DNA from: a virus
Taxonomy: Duplodnaviria > Heunggongvirae > Uroviricota > Caudoviricetes
Strand: one strand, 5' to 3'
IMG/VR virus record: IMGVR_UViG_2713896899_000005
Length of the DNA stretch: 7,125 nucleotides
Made by a program: the position numbers and the translations under genes. This document shows, piece by piece, positions 6,773-7,125 of this stretch (the first letter of the stretch is position 1; every line of letters begins with the position of its first letter). The notes under the pieces are model-generated. The model searched no databases. It was not told the origin of the DNA and saw only the letters and a program-made list of their open reading frames with translations.

Positions 6773-7106
6773 GCCTGAAGTTTTTAACTGGATCCCCCGC
6801 GAGGGGATGGAGACGACACGAAAGCCATCTGTTATTACGGTAAAGTTCGGTGACGGATATGAACAGCGACGGGCTGGTGGTCTGAATGCGGATCTGAAAA
6901 CGTTTAAACCGGTGTTTCGTGTCACAGATGAATATTCCCGTGCTGCGCTGGACAGTTTTTTATCCCGTCATGCCGGGATACGTGCTTTTTTGTGGCGTCC
7001 GCCAAAACACAACAGAACCGTCCGGGTTGTCTGCAGGGAGTGGAGTATTTCGGATAATGCCATGTATACCGATTTTAACTGTACCTTTGAAGAGGTCACT
7101 CACTGA
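6765..7106 (+). CDS. M: Minor tail protein M-like
   Basis: GGAGGA at 6752-6757 lies 7 nt before GTG 6765, which overlaps the tape measure stop by 8 nt. The translation (KFGDGYEQRRAGGLNADLKTF...FLWRPP...VVCREWS...FEEV) aligns with lambda gpM as I recall it. The ORF-track TTG start at 6720 is rejected. Confidence 0.8.
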   Translation: MPEPEVFNWIPREGMETTRKPSVITVKFGDGYEQRRAGGLNADLKTFKPVFRVTDEYSRAALDSFLSRHAGIRAFLWRPPKHNRTVRVVCREWSISDNAMYTDFNCTFEEVTH

Positions 7107-7125
7107 TGCAGGATATACAGCAGGA
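7106..7125 (+). CDS. L: Minor tail protein L-like, N-terminal fragment (continues beyond the window)
   Basis: ATG 7106 overlaps the M stop (TGATG). The first codons MQDIQQ resemble the lambda gpL N-terminus (MQDIRQ... as I recall). Only 6 codons are visible. Confidence 0.5.

Noticed and set aside
1-7125. CRISPR arrays, tRNA genes, integrase or transposase, attachment sites
   Set aside because: No direct-repeat and spacer periodicity, no cloverleaf-like sequence, and no recombinase-like ORF seen anywhere in the window.

Overview
This window reads as one contiguous, single-strand (+) late morphogenesis operon of a lambda-like siphovirus or prophage from an enterobacterial-type host (inferred from codon usage and from resemblance to lambda M/L as I recall them). 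Gene order is: 3' end of a major capsid gene; a small unknown ORF; three head-tail connector/adaptor genes (gp6-like, head-tail joining, HK97 gp10-like); a tail-terminator-like gene; a major tail tube gene with a C-terminal Ig-like domain; the tail assembly chaperone pair G/GT with a -1 slippery heptamer; a tape measure gene of about 1072 codons; a lambda M-like minor tail gene; and the first codons of a lambda L-like gene. Most junctions use overlapping stop/start codons. Three intergenic gaps each hold a GC hairpin, and one of them is interrupted by 27 masked bases (N). I see no CRISPR array, tRNA, integrase, transposase, toxin-antitoxin or defence-type cargo, and there is no unassigned coding space large enough to hide a novel system; the honest reading is a conventional, mosaic phage head-tail joining and tail module. 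Family assignments rest on motif recognition from the translations, not on any database search. The points most worth a second look are the recoding site, the terminator-like hairpin directly upstream of the tape measure gene, the masked gap upstream of the major tail gene, the Ig-like tail decoration, and the compositional mosaicism of the tape measure gene.
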